Below the pieces are notes generated by a model. It was not told the DNA's origin and made no database searches. It saw nothing but the letters and a program-made list of their open reading frames with translations. Of a stretch of DNA of 64,000 bases, positions 38,282 through 51,526 are shown piece after piece; the first letter of the stretch is position 1, and each line of letters opens with the position of its first letter. Origin of the DNA: Haplodiscus bocki. Its lineage: Eukaryota. The stretch is from contig OZ296659.1 in NCBI GenBank assembly GCA_965655095.1, positions 63,736,001 to 63,800,000 on the forward strand. The letters run 5' to 3'. Made by a program: the position numbers and the translations under genes.

Positions 38282-38481
38282 NNNNNNNNNNNNNNNNNNN
38301 NNNNNNNNNNNNNNNNNNNNNNNNNNNNNNNNNNNNNNNNNNNNNNNNNNNNNNNNNNNNNNNNNNNNNNNNNNNNNNNNNNNNNNNNNNNNNNNNNNNN
38401 NNNNNNNNNNNNNNNNNNNNNNNNNNNNNNNNNNNNNNNNNNNNNNNNNNNNNNNNNNNNNNNNNNNNNNNNNNNNNNNNN
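38282..38481. other. Assembly gap (200 N)
   Basis: Run of exactly 200 n, suggesting a fixed-size scaffolding gap. Confidence 0.99.
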
Positions 38482-41400
38482 CTAATGATCTTTACATCTT
38501 CTTGCTAGAAGGGGCTGTGATCTCCAATCTACTACTTCACACTACTATCGCGACCCAACATGGTCGGCCTTTCGGATCAAAAAATGACAAAGTGAGAGTT
38601 TTGTCTGGCCCTCCAAAATTGAACAGGAGTTTGGGCAAAGTTTTATGATCAATTTGTGGATTGCAGCAATTAAGTCACGGGAGATGAACACAAAAATCTG
38701 TCTTTCGATTCGGCTGCAGAGTAGTTTGGGAGTTATGTCCATGAAAGTTGTTTCAGTGGAGCAAAAGCTTCTTTAGGCAGGATGGTGGTGATAGACATGA
38801 GAGTATTTGCTGAGAAAAGAAAAACAGTTTGAAAGAATGAAATTTTCAAAACATTTCGAAACAAATTGTAGAATGGTCAGTCGATGTCTGAGAATATATT
38901 CATTATCACCATTTTTTAGGATTCGTAAAATTTTACCATACTTGTATTCATCAGGAAAATTACCTTTTTCAGAGCATCATTTGTCAGTGTTAGAAGAATG
39001 TTGAGGAAGAAAAGAAGCTTCCAATAGATAGCCGATTGCAAAATATGGCCAATATGCAAATCAGTAGACATCATGCGTATGACGAAAGACAAACCATCTA
39101 CACTTTAATCATTTCAAACATCAATTGAGCCAAACTTTTCTGTGTGTGCAGTTTCAGCTTCAGTCGCATGATTGTTGAAAACACTCTCATCAATTTAAGA
39201 GAAATTTTTTTCGTTGAAATATATGGCCGACAGAGTTTTAGGAAGTACAGAAGGTAGTTGTTTTAAGACAACCAGGAAGAAATTCGATAGTAGCGAATTT
39301 GGTTTTTATGGTATCCGTGTTTTCAAACTTGCCAACAAGAAATTATTGTCACTTCTTACTATACAGTCGAAAAAGATACTTTGCAATAAAGACATAAGTC
39401 AGCCAGTCGATGTTTGAACAAGATTTTTTAAATATTTTTTCATATTGTCAAGTTTTGTTCCGTATTCCCCCATTAGGAAGCATCAAAAGCACAGCGACGT
39501 TTAAAGATAAGTTTTCTAAGAGAAGGGACATTTAGTCAGCAAGATCATTGAGGGTTTCGGAGAAACTCCCGGAAAGCTCAGCCGTATCAAAATTTTCAAT
39601 TGAAGTAGTACAGTACAACTGGAAAGAGGTGCATTGAAACCTTTAGGTTTTTGTGGGATTCGACATGTTTGGGACGAATAACCGTCGGTACACTAGAAAA
39701 AACGAAGTCTAATCATTCATGGTCACAATTGACAATTTCCACGGCAGATACATTCAAACGCTCCGCTGCTGAAAAAAAGTCAATAATATTGCCTTTATAA
39801 TATTTAGCCTAGACAATACACTGCTGTAATCCAAATTCAGATAGCAAGTTGAAAAAAACCGTTGACCCCTGGCACTGGGTCCTTTACTGATATGGATACT
39901 GAAAGCAACACATTATGAATGGGTTATAAAACAAAAAAACTCAAACAACTTTGTCAAAACGTTTGTCAAAAAGGAGGCCAGCTGGTGGCGTGTAGCAGAA
40001 AATAGCAATGAAATGGAAGTTTAACAAGTCAACAGTGCACTCGTGTTTTTTGAAAATTAGTTTTACCGTTACATTGCGGAACTGAGTTTCAAAATCTGAT
40101 TAAAAACAAGCAAAACTCCTCCTCCACTCGAAAGTTTTGAGGCTTTGAAATAAACGAATACCTTGAAGGAACACCTTGATCAATAAAAAAACTGTCGATA
40201 ACGTCAACCAACCACCATTCTATTATGATGATGCAGTCAGACTCAGCGGAAAAGATTGGAGAGTGAAATTCGAAGGCCTCGTTTCTCACAGATCCTGATT
40301 AAATTGGGACACCAATAATGCATGTATTTTTAGCTGTAATTTAGAGAGACTTTGTTTCAGAGTTTTCGGCCAGTCAAGTTCAGGTGCCTTTTCATTTAGT
40401 CTTCATCTGCCAAAATAATATTTCTGTGATACAAGAAAAGCGTCGTCAATGTCGGTTATCTATTCAATGATAACACAACGATACGACTTCCGTTTAGAAT
40501 CGCCATTTGATGCTTTCAAAAGTTTGAGGAGAACTATGGCTTTGTCATGACGAAAGTGATTGAGGGAATCTTCATCAGACTCTACCGAGTAAGTTCCTAC
40601 ACACACATGTTTCCTCCATTTAGCCTTGGCAACAGCTCTTTTGTTTTTATTTAGCAAAGTGCTAGTTTTTATATCACGTTTTAATTTCAGCCCGGTGGTT
40701 TTTTCTTCTTGGGCGCTGAAAATTTATCACTCGAGGTTAATTCTGGCGAGTTGAAACTTTTGCTTGATATAGTCTTCTTTTAGTTTTCATCGCAGCGTTT
40801 AGAAGTAGTAACATCTTTCAACTCAGGACCAGGTTGAAATGGGTAAAGTCAATTTCGTTTTCGCCATTTCAATTCAACTTTGAGTATTGACACTGAGTTG
40901 GATAGATTTTTGAAGTTTCATTCTTCTAAGTCAATTTTCGCTACGAGTAGCAAAAAACCTTCAATTTTCTCCTGAAGGACTTTACCAGCGGTTCCAATAA
41001 TAGCAAACTTATTAAAGCAAGATTTACATCTGAACAAGAGACACAGCTTTTTTTCCTACAATTAGGATATGAGTGGCAAGGTTAACAGAGAAAAAACGTT
41101 GCGATACAAGCCATCCAATAGATCCCATTTAATCCAGTCCTCGCGACTTATTTTATGACTTATTTTGATTGACCCACATGAACTGTTTTTCTCCTTGCAG
41201 TCCTTGACTGACACCGATGCAACCTTGACAAATCTACCCATTGCGAAAATCAAACCAGTACGCCCAGCCAGTTGCACTACGCCAGAAAACCAACAATGGA
41301 TCTAGAGTTGACTTATTAAACAGCACAAAGTTATTTATTAAGAGTACCAATAGAGTTAGGCTTTTCTTAGTTTACAACCAGACTTAGGAAAAGAGCAGTG

Positions 41401-44400
41401 CACTGCAACCTTTCCAATGAAGAGAAAAAAACTGAGAGAGTTGATTGAACAAACACCGAGTTTCACGAAAAAACATATTTCCAAAGTTTTTCGATAGACA
41501 CCTTGATGGAAGTCTGCAAGCCTTTGGCCTTTGGTTTCTGAGAATTATCAGTTTCAACAAAGAGAGACCAACAGATATGTTCGGGCATTTCCCCTTTTAT
41601 CGCTTTAGTAAGAATCCTTTCTTGGGAGCAAATAAGAGATTGTTTACTCTACCTCTATGATAAAACTAATTGTGCATGTGTCAAATCAGACATATATGGA
41701 AGTTTTCAAGGCCGTATTTCTTAAGAAGGATGACACGGAAAGACGAATTTCTCAACAAGCAGCAATTTTTCCCTTAATTTGTCTCTTTGGGATTTCGATA
41801 TAAATGCTAAGAACACGAGATGATTGACCAAAACGATTGATAAGACTTGAAGTAGATCAAAATTTGACGCTAAAATAAGCACCAGATATTAAGGAAAATT
41901 GGGTTTATATCGAAGTCCGGCGGGCCTGAAAGTGGATTGTTGAACTTCTGCTCTATCAGTATTTCACTGCTGGGAGGAAAATCAAATATTTCCCAATCGG
42001 CAGTTCTCTTGCATGTAGAAAACTTCAAAGTGGTACGTTGGAGCATGAAAAAGTCGAGTTCTAGGGAAAAAATTGGACTGAATTTTAGAAAAAATGAGAC
42101 ATCAGAGAAGTTGAGCATATTTTGGCAAGTTTGAGCCAATATTGTTGAACTTCGAAAAACAATTTTGTTGTTTGTTCTGAGCAAACCATCATGTACAGTG
42201 AAAAACCAGCTGATTGAGACTTTGGAGAACAACACATATCCTCATGTTGTCTAGGATTCGAAAAAAAGAAGCCTTTCCGGGCCGAAATGCACTGTTGATG
42301 TAGTTTCGCGAACGGAAAGAAATCAATTAGTATTCGTATGCAACAACTTGAGTCGAAAACGAAAAGAGTCAAATAAACACCTTGAAACAAGGAATCATGT
42401 CAATAGATTCGAAAAATATTGAGATTGAGGAACTAAAATATGTCAAGACTAACAGCACTTCGTGGTGTAATTGAGTTTTTAAACTTCAAACGTATTAAAA
42501 AAACACTTGAAACCAAAGGGCCCCGGAAAGCAAAAAACTGGTCTACTCTGACCTCGAAGGAAGAAATTGATCTTGTATTCATTGAGCAGAAACTAGCGAT
42601 TTTGAGATAAAAACCAAGATAATCAAAAACATGAAACAATTTTGCGATTTTTGAAGCAACTAGACAACCAAAGCATAGAACCATACTGAACACGCCTCCA
42701 AAAAAATGTTCTTTTTTGAGGTGATCGGAGCAAGGCAACTTGTGCTCAAGAAGCTAGTACTTGAAAACTGGGCATTGCCAGAAAGAAGTGCACTTTCTCG
42801 CGTTCACTGTGTATCACGAATTAATTAACTGCGAAGCCAAAACTCAAGGGCTTTCAGTTTCAATAACCATATCAGAGTAAAACTTTCCACAAGTGACCGT
42901 GATCTTAAATTAGATGACTGCTCTTATGAAGAAAGAAGAGTTTGAGTAGGGAGATAAATCAACAATATTAGAAGTTTGAGGAACTGTGGAACTTTTAAGC
43001 TAGCAGAATTTCGACGCAAGAAAGGAACTTGATGATTTTTCATTCTCCTAATTGAGTATTCCATCATTTGAAGAGTTGAATCATTTAATCGGAGACGTTG
43101 ATGGGAGAAACCGACACCGTAATTGTGGAGGATTAGCTTTTCCAAAATCGATGTATCTCAAATCTGATAATAATTTATGGCATTTTCGGGCCATCACATC
43201 TCCAACCAAAGGCCAAAACAAAAAAATGTCGTTCTAAATAGCCCCCTTAAATACAAGTTTGTTACTTGAGACCTTGATGAAAGACATCTAGATCGTAAGT
43301 GCTGGAAAATATGAGTTCGAAAATTGGGATGAGTCAAATAAAAACCCTTTCTTTGCATTTTTGGATTTTTAGGATGTCTACACGGGGTGCGGATTTGATG
43401 AACCGTTTAAATTGAACATTCTTTTTCGCGAGAAAATTTTTCGATGGAGTCCTCGACGGAAGAAATCAGACACCTAGGTAGTGAAAAGGTTTGGTTTTAG
43501 ATATCTACATAGGCCAAGTGAACTCAATACTTTTGCATGCTGGGATTGTCGGGATTCTAAATTGAGACAAGAAATCTTTTGAATTTCATTCTCTTATACC
43601 AATGTAAGTAGATATCCAGAGGTTACGGCGCTGATGGGAGAAATAAGATTAGTAACTGTGGTCAAACAAAAGTTCGAATATCGATATATGCAGAGTCTCA
43701 TGACATTTATCGACATTCTTCGGCTAACACAATATCAATGTGAAAAAAATGTCGAATAAGTTTTAACCCAAAAATCCTTCACATATAAAACTTTGTTGAT
43801 TGTGACTTTGATTGGAATAATTTGGGTGTAGTTTTTGGGGAACAAAGGAATGAATATCGGTTAATGTCCAATCTGATATTTCTTTTCGGCAGTTTAGCCT
43901 TATCTAAATTCCCACTCCAGTCCGCTTCAAAGAACCCAATCCATGAGTTAGAATTTTACATTTCCAGTTCAAGTAAAAAACTATCGTGCGAAAGCCCTGA
44001 TGAAGGAAATCGAGCCTGTCGTTGTTTGAAAAAACGAGTTGAGCTTTTGATTAATGTTTTGTTTGCAAGGTACCGGGCTTCGAACACCAAGAACCAATTC
44101 AGTATTTTTTAAAGCGAACAGATCACCTATTTTGGAGTGCTGTCGATTAAAACGTAAATGAAGGTTTTGAACTCTGTTTTTTGCAGTTTCAATATTCAGG
44201 CCAATTTATGCAAATTACACTTTTTGGTAAATACCCTTCCCTCAATGTGGAGATCAAAAACCGGTGTGTTGCAGAATAAAATAGCAAGAAGATTTGCATA
44301 TGATAGCGCTAGAAAAACCAGGATAGCGAAAAAATGCTAAAACCCAGAAATGAAAGTACATCCAGAAAAATAAGTTTTAACATTTATATGCACTAATTTA

Positions 44401-47400
44401 TCAACCCTTTTCAGTCTTTTTAGAAAGTTGTATGAAATTTTCCTCGTAATGTTTCGAAACAAACAGACAAACAACGAGTTGCTACGGTTTCTTAGTAAAC
44501 AGACTTCTTCGGAGAAAAAAGAGCCCAATTATCAGAAAACACTGAAGTTTGTCATAAAGAACATTGATTTGCAATTACCTAAAAAATGATGTAAACAAGT
44601 ACCTGAAAACATTTTTAAAAAACAGCTGATGAAGAGACTTCAACCTGCTACCTTGGTTACTTAAGCCCGGAGCCTCCCACTTGTCTGATATACAAGCTGC
44701 AAACGATTCTGCCTCACTAGGAGGTGTTGAAGTTTGCGCGTCATGGGCAGCTTCAAAACAAATGTTACAAGAAGAAGAGAGCTCGAGAAACGGATCAAAA
44801 TTTCTATTTCGGAAGTTCTTTTAAACGAAAATAATCAAAGCATCAACCCTGTATTTGTAACAATCTAGCTGGAAATGTCAGATTGGTGGCAGCGGAAAAG
44901 GAACTGGAGTAAAACAGCTTGAAATAGAATTCAATTGATAAGGAAAAGTCTACAGGCTAACTGAGAACCTACACGGTATAAAAAAAAACTCAACACGAAT
45001 TCTTGGGTGGTAAATTGCGCTGCGTTGTATTCTTGAAGGCATGTGATAAGAATCATAAGGAAAGTGTTGGGCTTAAGTTCTATACAATATTTTTTCAAAC
45101 TAGATCAGCTAGAGTATGACAAATGTAGTCTTTGAAATATGAGTTCACCTAAACAGACAACGGAAATTCTTACAAACTAAAACCATAAAAGTAACAACTC
45201 AAAATACAAAGTAGTTGGCTGCCGTCATATTTCTAGAAAAAAACTAATGAGACTTAACTAAATGTCTCCAGCAGTTTCCACTTTGTTACAAACTTGCTGC
45301 CAAAAAGAAAAATTTACGGAACAGGCCCACAAAAAAAAAGAAAAAAGTGAACAATGAACAATCACTGTCACCAAAAAATTGTTCAAGTTGCGACAATATG
45401 AGAGATCACGCGGAAGAAAAACAAAGACAAAAACAAGTGTTCTCTGACAAAATCCTTCACTAAAGCCGACTTTAGCATTAAGTTGCTCCTGTTCCTCAGT
45501 TTTGGCTCCAAAGAATGTCTTCCTGCGGGGTCTGGTTATCGTTAGAAATTATATTTCAGAATAAAAAGTTTCGTCAAATGAGAATTCTAATGTAAAACTT
45601 TGTAAATATTTAAATATTTAGAAACAACTTTCTACACATCCAGGCTAAAAAGTTATTCACAGAGAATGCTATTAACAGATTCCGGAAAATCATCAATTCT
45701 AAATGCAAAACGTTGACATTTAAGTGACCTGGGAGATTCCGTCGCACGTTCAGGCAACAGAGTTTTCGAAGGAGAGCTGTGCTTGTATTCCTCTAATCGA
45801 ACATGATGGTGTATCCTGCTGATCCTCCCATCTCCATATCGTTGAAAGCTGATGGCGAAAAGGAGTAGCTATCCTTGGTCTGGACACAAACTCCAACTCC
45901 AACTGAGAAAAATCCCAGAAGAAATCCATGTCATCCATGTCCGATAACTAATAGCCGCTGGTATCCATTTCCTACAAACCAGCAATAGAAACAAACCATT
46001 TTTATGATTTCAAACGTTCCTTGTTTGTCGGCAGTCATTGGGATTTGGACCAAATGATTGCCCAAAACTTTTCGTCATCGGCAAAAAATCATTTTCTAAG
46101 TTGAAAGAGGTTAATGATTGGCCATATTTTTAAACTTTGACGCAATCTATTTCTGACAAAAATGATGGAACTGGATCAAAACGTAAAATTAACTAGGTTC
46201 TTTTTTCGGAAACAGAGAAGATCCTGCTGCTGGAATTTAAAATGGAAATCTACGAAGCAAAATAAAAACTCGATTTACAGCTCAGTCGGTCAATAGATGG
46301 AAGTTCAGAACCTATGTGCCAAAAATGGTTTCTTTGGTATTTCGGGTTTCAGTTCGTTTGTGGCAGATTGTCATTGGCCGAGAAATGGCATGCAAAAACA
46401 TGAGTTTCTTCTGTGTAGACGCGGTAAGTCTTTTTATCGATACAAAAGTGCTTTCTTCACCCAAAAAAGCCATTTTCTGCATTTGTTCCTCAGAGGGAAT
46501 ACTAAACACAAGACAGCTGCCTTTGCTTTTTGCAGTCATTCAAAATGTATTCAGAGTCTTCATTGGTTGAAAGGTAATACACCTGTCGCTAATACAAAAT
46601 GGTAAACACGCGTCCTTCGTTATTTTTTCCACCTTGTTGCCCACACACACACTGAACATCTTCTTAGTTTTAATCTCGCTGATTGGTTTGAACTATTTTC
46701 GAAGAGTTTGTGGCAGGTCACTTTTCCATTTTTTAGAGCAAAAGAACTGTCTATTTTTCGTGTTAACCAAGAATGAAAAATTCAACTTCCATAGAGTGAT
46801 CTCGGTGCATTTATAGGAACGCCAGGGAAATCACAGTCTCTTTTGCTGCAGTTTTCGTTGAAACGAAACATGCCATCAAATAATTTTCTTGTAATGAGCT
46901 TTTTAGATGTCATTGTTTTTTGAACAAAATGCATAGTTGTAACCAACAAAAAGTGGTTACCGGAGAAACTGTAACTTTTTCAGTGGCTGTGCTTGAAGAT
47001 TACTGCAAGAAAGACCGAAGGAGTCACGGTGAATACCGAAGTTTTCGATGGACGAGACACACTTGTTTCTCTGCGAAGAACGATAAAAATGAATGTTATT
47101 ATTGCATTTCGCTGTTGAATTGTTCATCAGTGTTTTTTCAACCGTGAGCAGAGAAGCTGCTTTTTGTTTTTGTCAGGCCAAGTTTATTTATGGGTTTCGG
47201 CAGAGGAAGCAATGAGAGTTTCCTCCCTGAAGCAAAATTCTACTACCGATCCAAGAATAAATAGTTACAATTACCAGTTTTAACAGTTGAACGAGGTTTT
47301 GCCAAAACAAGGCAAGAAACATTACAAAACTCCCAAAGAAGCCCATGAGCTTGACCAAGAGGAGTCGAATGGCAACTTAATTGCAACTATTTTTAGAATG

Positions 47401-47859
47401 TAATCTGTAGGAGTTTTCCAATTCGTAAAAACGTTGCACCGGACTTTTTATTCTTAGTGACTGACTAAAAGGCGGTTGTAGGAAAGCACTTACTGAGTCT
47501 CTCGGTACAATTGTTGATGGCAATTATGTTTTCGTTCCAGCCACGAAAGTTTGAGATGATCAGATAATCAATATACATTGAATAAATCAACTGAATCAGC
47601 AGTTTTTGAATTTTCAATGAAACACAGTCTAATAACTTGATCGAAATTCACCCGCAGCCGATTTTTTTAGGGAAAATGTGAAACCTGGGTGATTTTGAAG
47701 GCGAATTGAATCAGTTGATTCAAGAGTTTCATCTTCAGATAAAAGATACACCAATAAGTTTCACAAACAGAACTCAAGAGTAAACTCACCCTCGAACACT
47801 CAATTCTTATTGACCCTTGTCGCGTGAACCATCCCTCACGTCATGAATAGTTAGAAGGA

Positions 47860-50330
47860 ACTTCTCCATTTTAAAACGCAATTCATGGATGAAATTAACG
47901 CCGGGATTGACAACTTTGATGCAATGATAGCTGCTCTACGAAGAACAGTTGCTCACTTCACACAACCGGGTTTGAAACTTTCTGCACACAACGGGGACTT
48001 TGACACGACAAAAAAGGACCGATCAGGTAGCAAAATTATACCTACTGGAATCTCTCCAAAAATTGCAAAAACTGAAAAGTTTCAGCTACAAGTTGGAATG
48101 CTTAACATTTTGAAGCAAATGCAACGCGTGATTGACTTTGTACAAATTCTTCGAAAATTTGTTTTCAATCTCGAACGAAAATCAATTCCATTTTGGCGTT
48201 TGTTGCAAGGAGAGAAAGCATTGAAATTCTTTATTGAATATCATAAATTTCTAAGCAGTTTGAAGACTGTTCTGACACGTGATACTATCTTGACAATACG
48301 TTTAGCAAAACCAGGCCCTCAATATTGCATCTCCTGTGATTCTTGTTTTCATGTCAGTTCCTTTGTGCTAAGAGGTAAAGATAACCTGATTGATTAGGAT
48401 GGAGTAAAACAGAAAGCCCTACGCAGCAAGTTTTTTTGGTTCAAGATTCTCCACTGCCACCCAATTGACTTTTCGGTGTGTTAATACAAAGAATTCCTAG
48501 CATTTTGATTTCCGGAAGACTGCCATTCTTACCTCAAATGGTGCACAGCGAAGCGAGTCCTAAGTTGAGCAGAGAACTGAACACTGACACAATTTTTTCA
48601 GTCAGAAAGTATTCATTCATTTTTTCATATTGCCTAGACTGAGTTTTTTTCAACAATTCGCTTGCTAACTTTCCTAGCAGAGCAAACTGGGCGGCATGTC
48701 TTTATTCATTCACGCATACGGATTCTAGTTTGAGTAATGTGAGCGCACAGATAAAGCTCGCGGATCATATGCCTAGACGTGAGATTGAAATTGGAACAGA
48801 AACAAAACCACCGGATTTATATTTGTTAAACATCGTTGAAGCAACTCAACTCTCTGATGACTTACTTAAGGCTGTTGACGAACAATCCGTTAACCAGCCA
48901 GAAACTCATGGTTTTTAAGACCACCTTCTAGCAGAAACACTTTTTGATGGAACAAATCTTCCTAGTACGGGCTCTTTCTCCTTGACACAAGTCCGGCTAG
49001 TCAACATGTTTGCAACCAATGATTTTCAAGACGTCTCGAGTGATATACGTAAAAGATTACAAACTTTTAACTTAATGCAACACCAACAAAATGATGAAGT
49101 TTTTCGTGAAACAAAATGGCGGGAAATTAGGCCATCTCATACTCAACCTCCAAGTTTTCTCAGCGGTTTGCAAGAACATTGGAAGCGTTTCATTTGCTTA
49201 GCAGTTGAAGATGATAATCTGTATCGTCTTTTCTACGATAATTTTGCAAAATGAAGTACAAGCAAATTTAGGGACCAAAAAACCTTTCTCGAGAATTATT
49301 AATCCGTCCATTCAATTCAACAACTGCATCGCTAAAACCATTGAGGAAATTCGCGGACGGTTTTGCTTTTCTGAATTTACGGATTTTTTCTTTTCTGCAA
49401 TTAGAAATTGCCTGACTTGCCTACAATATAAAAGCGCTCCGTCAAAAAACTTGAGAACGCCATTTTGACCAGTTTTATCCCTTGCTTCTTATCCTGGTAA
49501 AACACATGAAATTGACTTGGTTGGACTATTGAAGTCACCAGTTTACCGTTATGCGTTGACAGATTTTGATGTATTTAGAGAATACTGGTTTGCGGTCCTT
49601 TGGAAGAACGTCAGAGCAGACACGATTGCGCCTGCACTGACGTCAAAATTTTCTTCACATATATGTTTGCCCTAAACCATTTTGCTTAATCTGGGTAATA
49701 CTTTTGTTTCTGAATTGATAGATGGATTAAAGACTTTACCCGAAATTCAAACAGAACGTGCTAGTCTAAAACAACAACAAACGGTGACAGTTTCCTGGAG
49801 CTCTCATGGCACGCTTAAACGCATTCTTAAGTTGAATACATATCAACAGTGGACCGGTATGATTAATCAAGTGCAAATAGCTTCCTTCATTCATATAAGG
49901 TCCCATTATTCGGCATATGGTTGTAGCTCTAGATTTCTTTTTCAAGGAAACGAACCACTCAAACTTTTCGAACTACGACTTACTAACACTCTGATTCAAC
50001 GTTTTTTTCTGAATGCTGAAAACGTCTCTGCAATACAACAGGCAATGAACAATGAGCTCGGGGTAACGAATTTTAAATTGACTGGAATGCAAGACGGGTA
50101 CCGCGCTAATTACCATTGCAAAGCCAAATTCAAGTCGTTGGCTTTCTTCGCTCGTTGTCTTTTACTTAATGGTTAACTGGTCCCTCAATCTGGTTTCGCA
50201 AGTACATTGTTACCAATTGGGCTTTCATCATACAAAATGGCAAGAATTTTGACCAATTCCAACTGTATTATTCAGAAATTGTGAAATAATTGCACCTAAA
50301 AGGTCCATGGCATCAGATTGATATCTGTGG
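47860..50330 (+). pseudogene. Ty3/Gypsy pol remnant
   Basis: RT: QFMDEI (decayed YxDD), GLKLS, GISP. RNase H: ISCDS, YKEFLA, LTQFFQS. Integrase: AKTIEEIR.RF.F...IRNCLTCLQ (zinc-finger CxxC), EIDLVG, LG.TFVSEL, SHGTLKRIL, YHSAxGCS-like. Confidence 0.88.
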
Positions 50331-51056
50331 CTCCACCAAAGTTAAGTGTTGAACCGACGATTTTTTAATGAAATCCTTCTTCCCTAGTTAAAACGGCCAC
50401 CAAAATGGTTGATCAGCCACTTGTAACTGTTGGTTTCTGATTTCCAGTCGCTCCAGCACCGGTAACAATTGGACTAACAGGCCTCCCAGTTCCGTTGGTG
50501 TTGTCTGAACAAGTCAAAAAAGAATAGGCAAATCCACCATTGTCAAGACGACCTCTTCCTTCTATACATTTATAATCCCTTTACTGACAGTTGTGAAAAT
50601 CCTTTGCCTAGTGACTCCATGAAAATGCTAACCAGCTATCAAGAGCTTCTCGTGGAATCGACAAGGCCGAGCAAAGTCTACCAGCAAAAGCAATACCTGC
50701 TGACCGGCAACCTCAAACCCGCCTTTTTCATAACAACCTACATCAAATTAATATTTCTGAATTTCGTGTTGAGCAGTATGAAACTCTCCCGCAAATGCAG
50801 TTGGTTTTGAGTATTTTTAGTGGTTCAACTAGAGACCAATATGACAAATGCCAAACCAATTATCAGTCACAAAAACGGAATCTTGCATAACTTAAACAGT
50901 CTCTCACAGGAGACACATGTATTGCTACTCCTGTTTCTAGTTCACAAATTTTCAGTCATCCTTAACAGCAACAGAGGTAACCTGACAAATTAAAGAGGCA
51001 AAAATTCAAACCTCGCTACACTTTCAAAAAATTTAAGATTTGTTTATCATCATTCA

Positions 51057-51526
51057 ATGATGTATATACAGTCTTCATTACGAATATGCATCCAAAAAAT
51101 CACCCATCTGTCCATTATTTTAACAGCTGCAAGATTTGCAAGATTTATAGCACACTGCGTTGCCTTTGTTTTTGTCATAGGCAAAAATTTAACATCACTG
51201 ATAGCGTGCTGCTATTCCAAGCTCCTAGAAATGCGAGAAAAATCATGAAATTTTTAACCAGGCTCCTTGATAAAAGATTGTGATCAACCTAACGGTCGAC
51301 TTATCTATAATTAGTGACAAAACGTCGATATTTCCACAAAAATACCTACAAAACACTAGAAATGAACCTACAAGCGTTAAAACAACAATTACCACACCAT
51401 AAATTTTGAAAGAGAGCCAATCCTAATTTTGATTGTGGCTATGATCAGCCGACAGGTTTTTCGATTTTTTCAAAAGTTTTTTCGGTCTCTAGTTTAACTG
51501 TAACAATATTTCAGGCTACGCGCTAG
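51057..51526 (+). pseudogene. TARG1/OARD1-like macrodomain (ADP-ribosylhydrolase fold), frameshifted
   Basis: Manual translation: IAHCVAFVFVIGKNL...*PGSLIKDCDQPNGRLIYN / LVTKRRYFHKNTYKTLEMNLQALKQQL..*..NPNFDCGYDQ...FSIFSKVFSVSSLTVTIFQATR*. This is collinear with human TARG1 LAHCIS..MGAGIA / [30 protein letters not shown] / MPRIGCGLDRL / VFEATDIKITVY. Confidence 0.85.

Larger units (their letters stand above)
47860..51526 (+). mobile_element. Degenerate Ty3/Gypsy LTR retrotransposon internal region (partial RT, RNase H, integrase, Pro-rich tail, accessory macrodomain); LTRs not identified
   Basis: Domain order RT-RH-IN is the Ty3/Gypsy order. See the two component features below. The 5' boundary is approximate. 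Confidence 0.85.

Noticed and set aside
38207-38485. 92-aa ORF in the track
   Set aside because: Artefact of translating the N gap.
40089-41277. Upstream coding exon of GSS or a separate host gene
   Set aside because: Frames are interrupted, no motif or matching donor was established, and the region lies across the assembly gap.
51057-51526. Bacterial DarTG toxin-antitoxin locus or functional host OARD1 gene
   Set aside because: No DarT-like partner is visible. The frame has stops and a frameshift, no introns are apparent, and it follows a Gypsy integrase.
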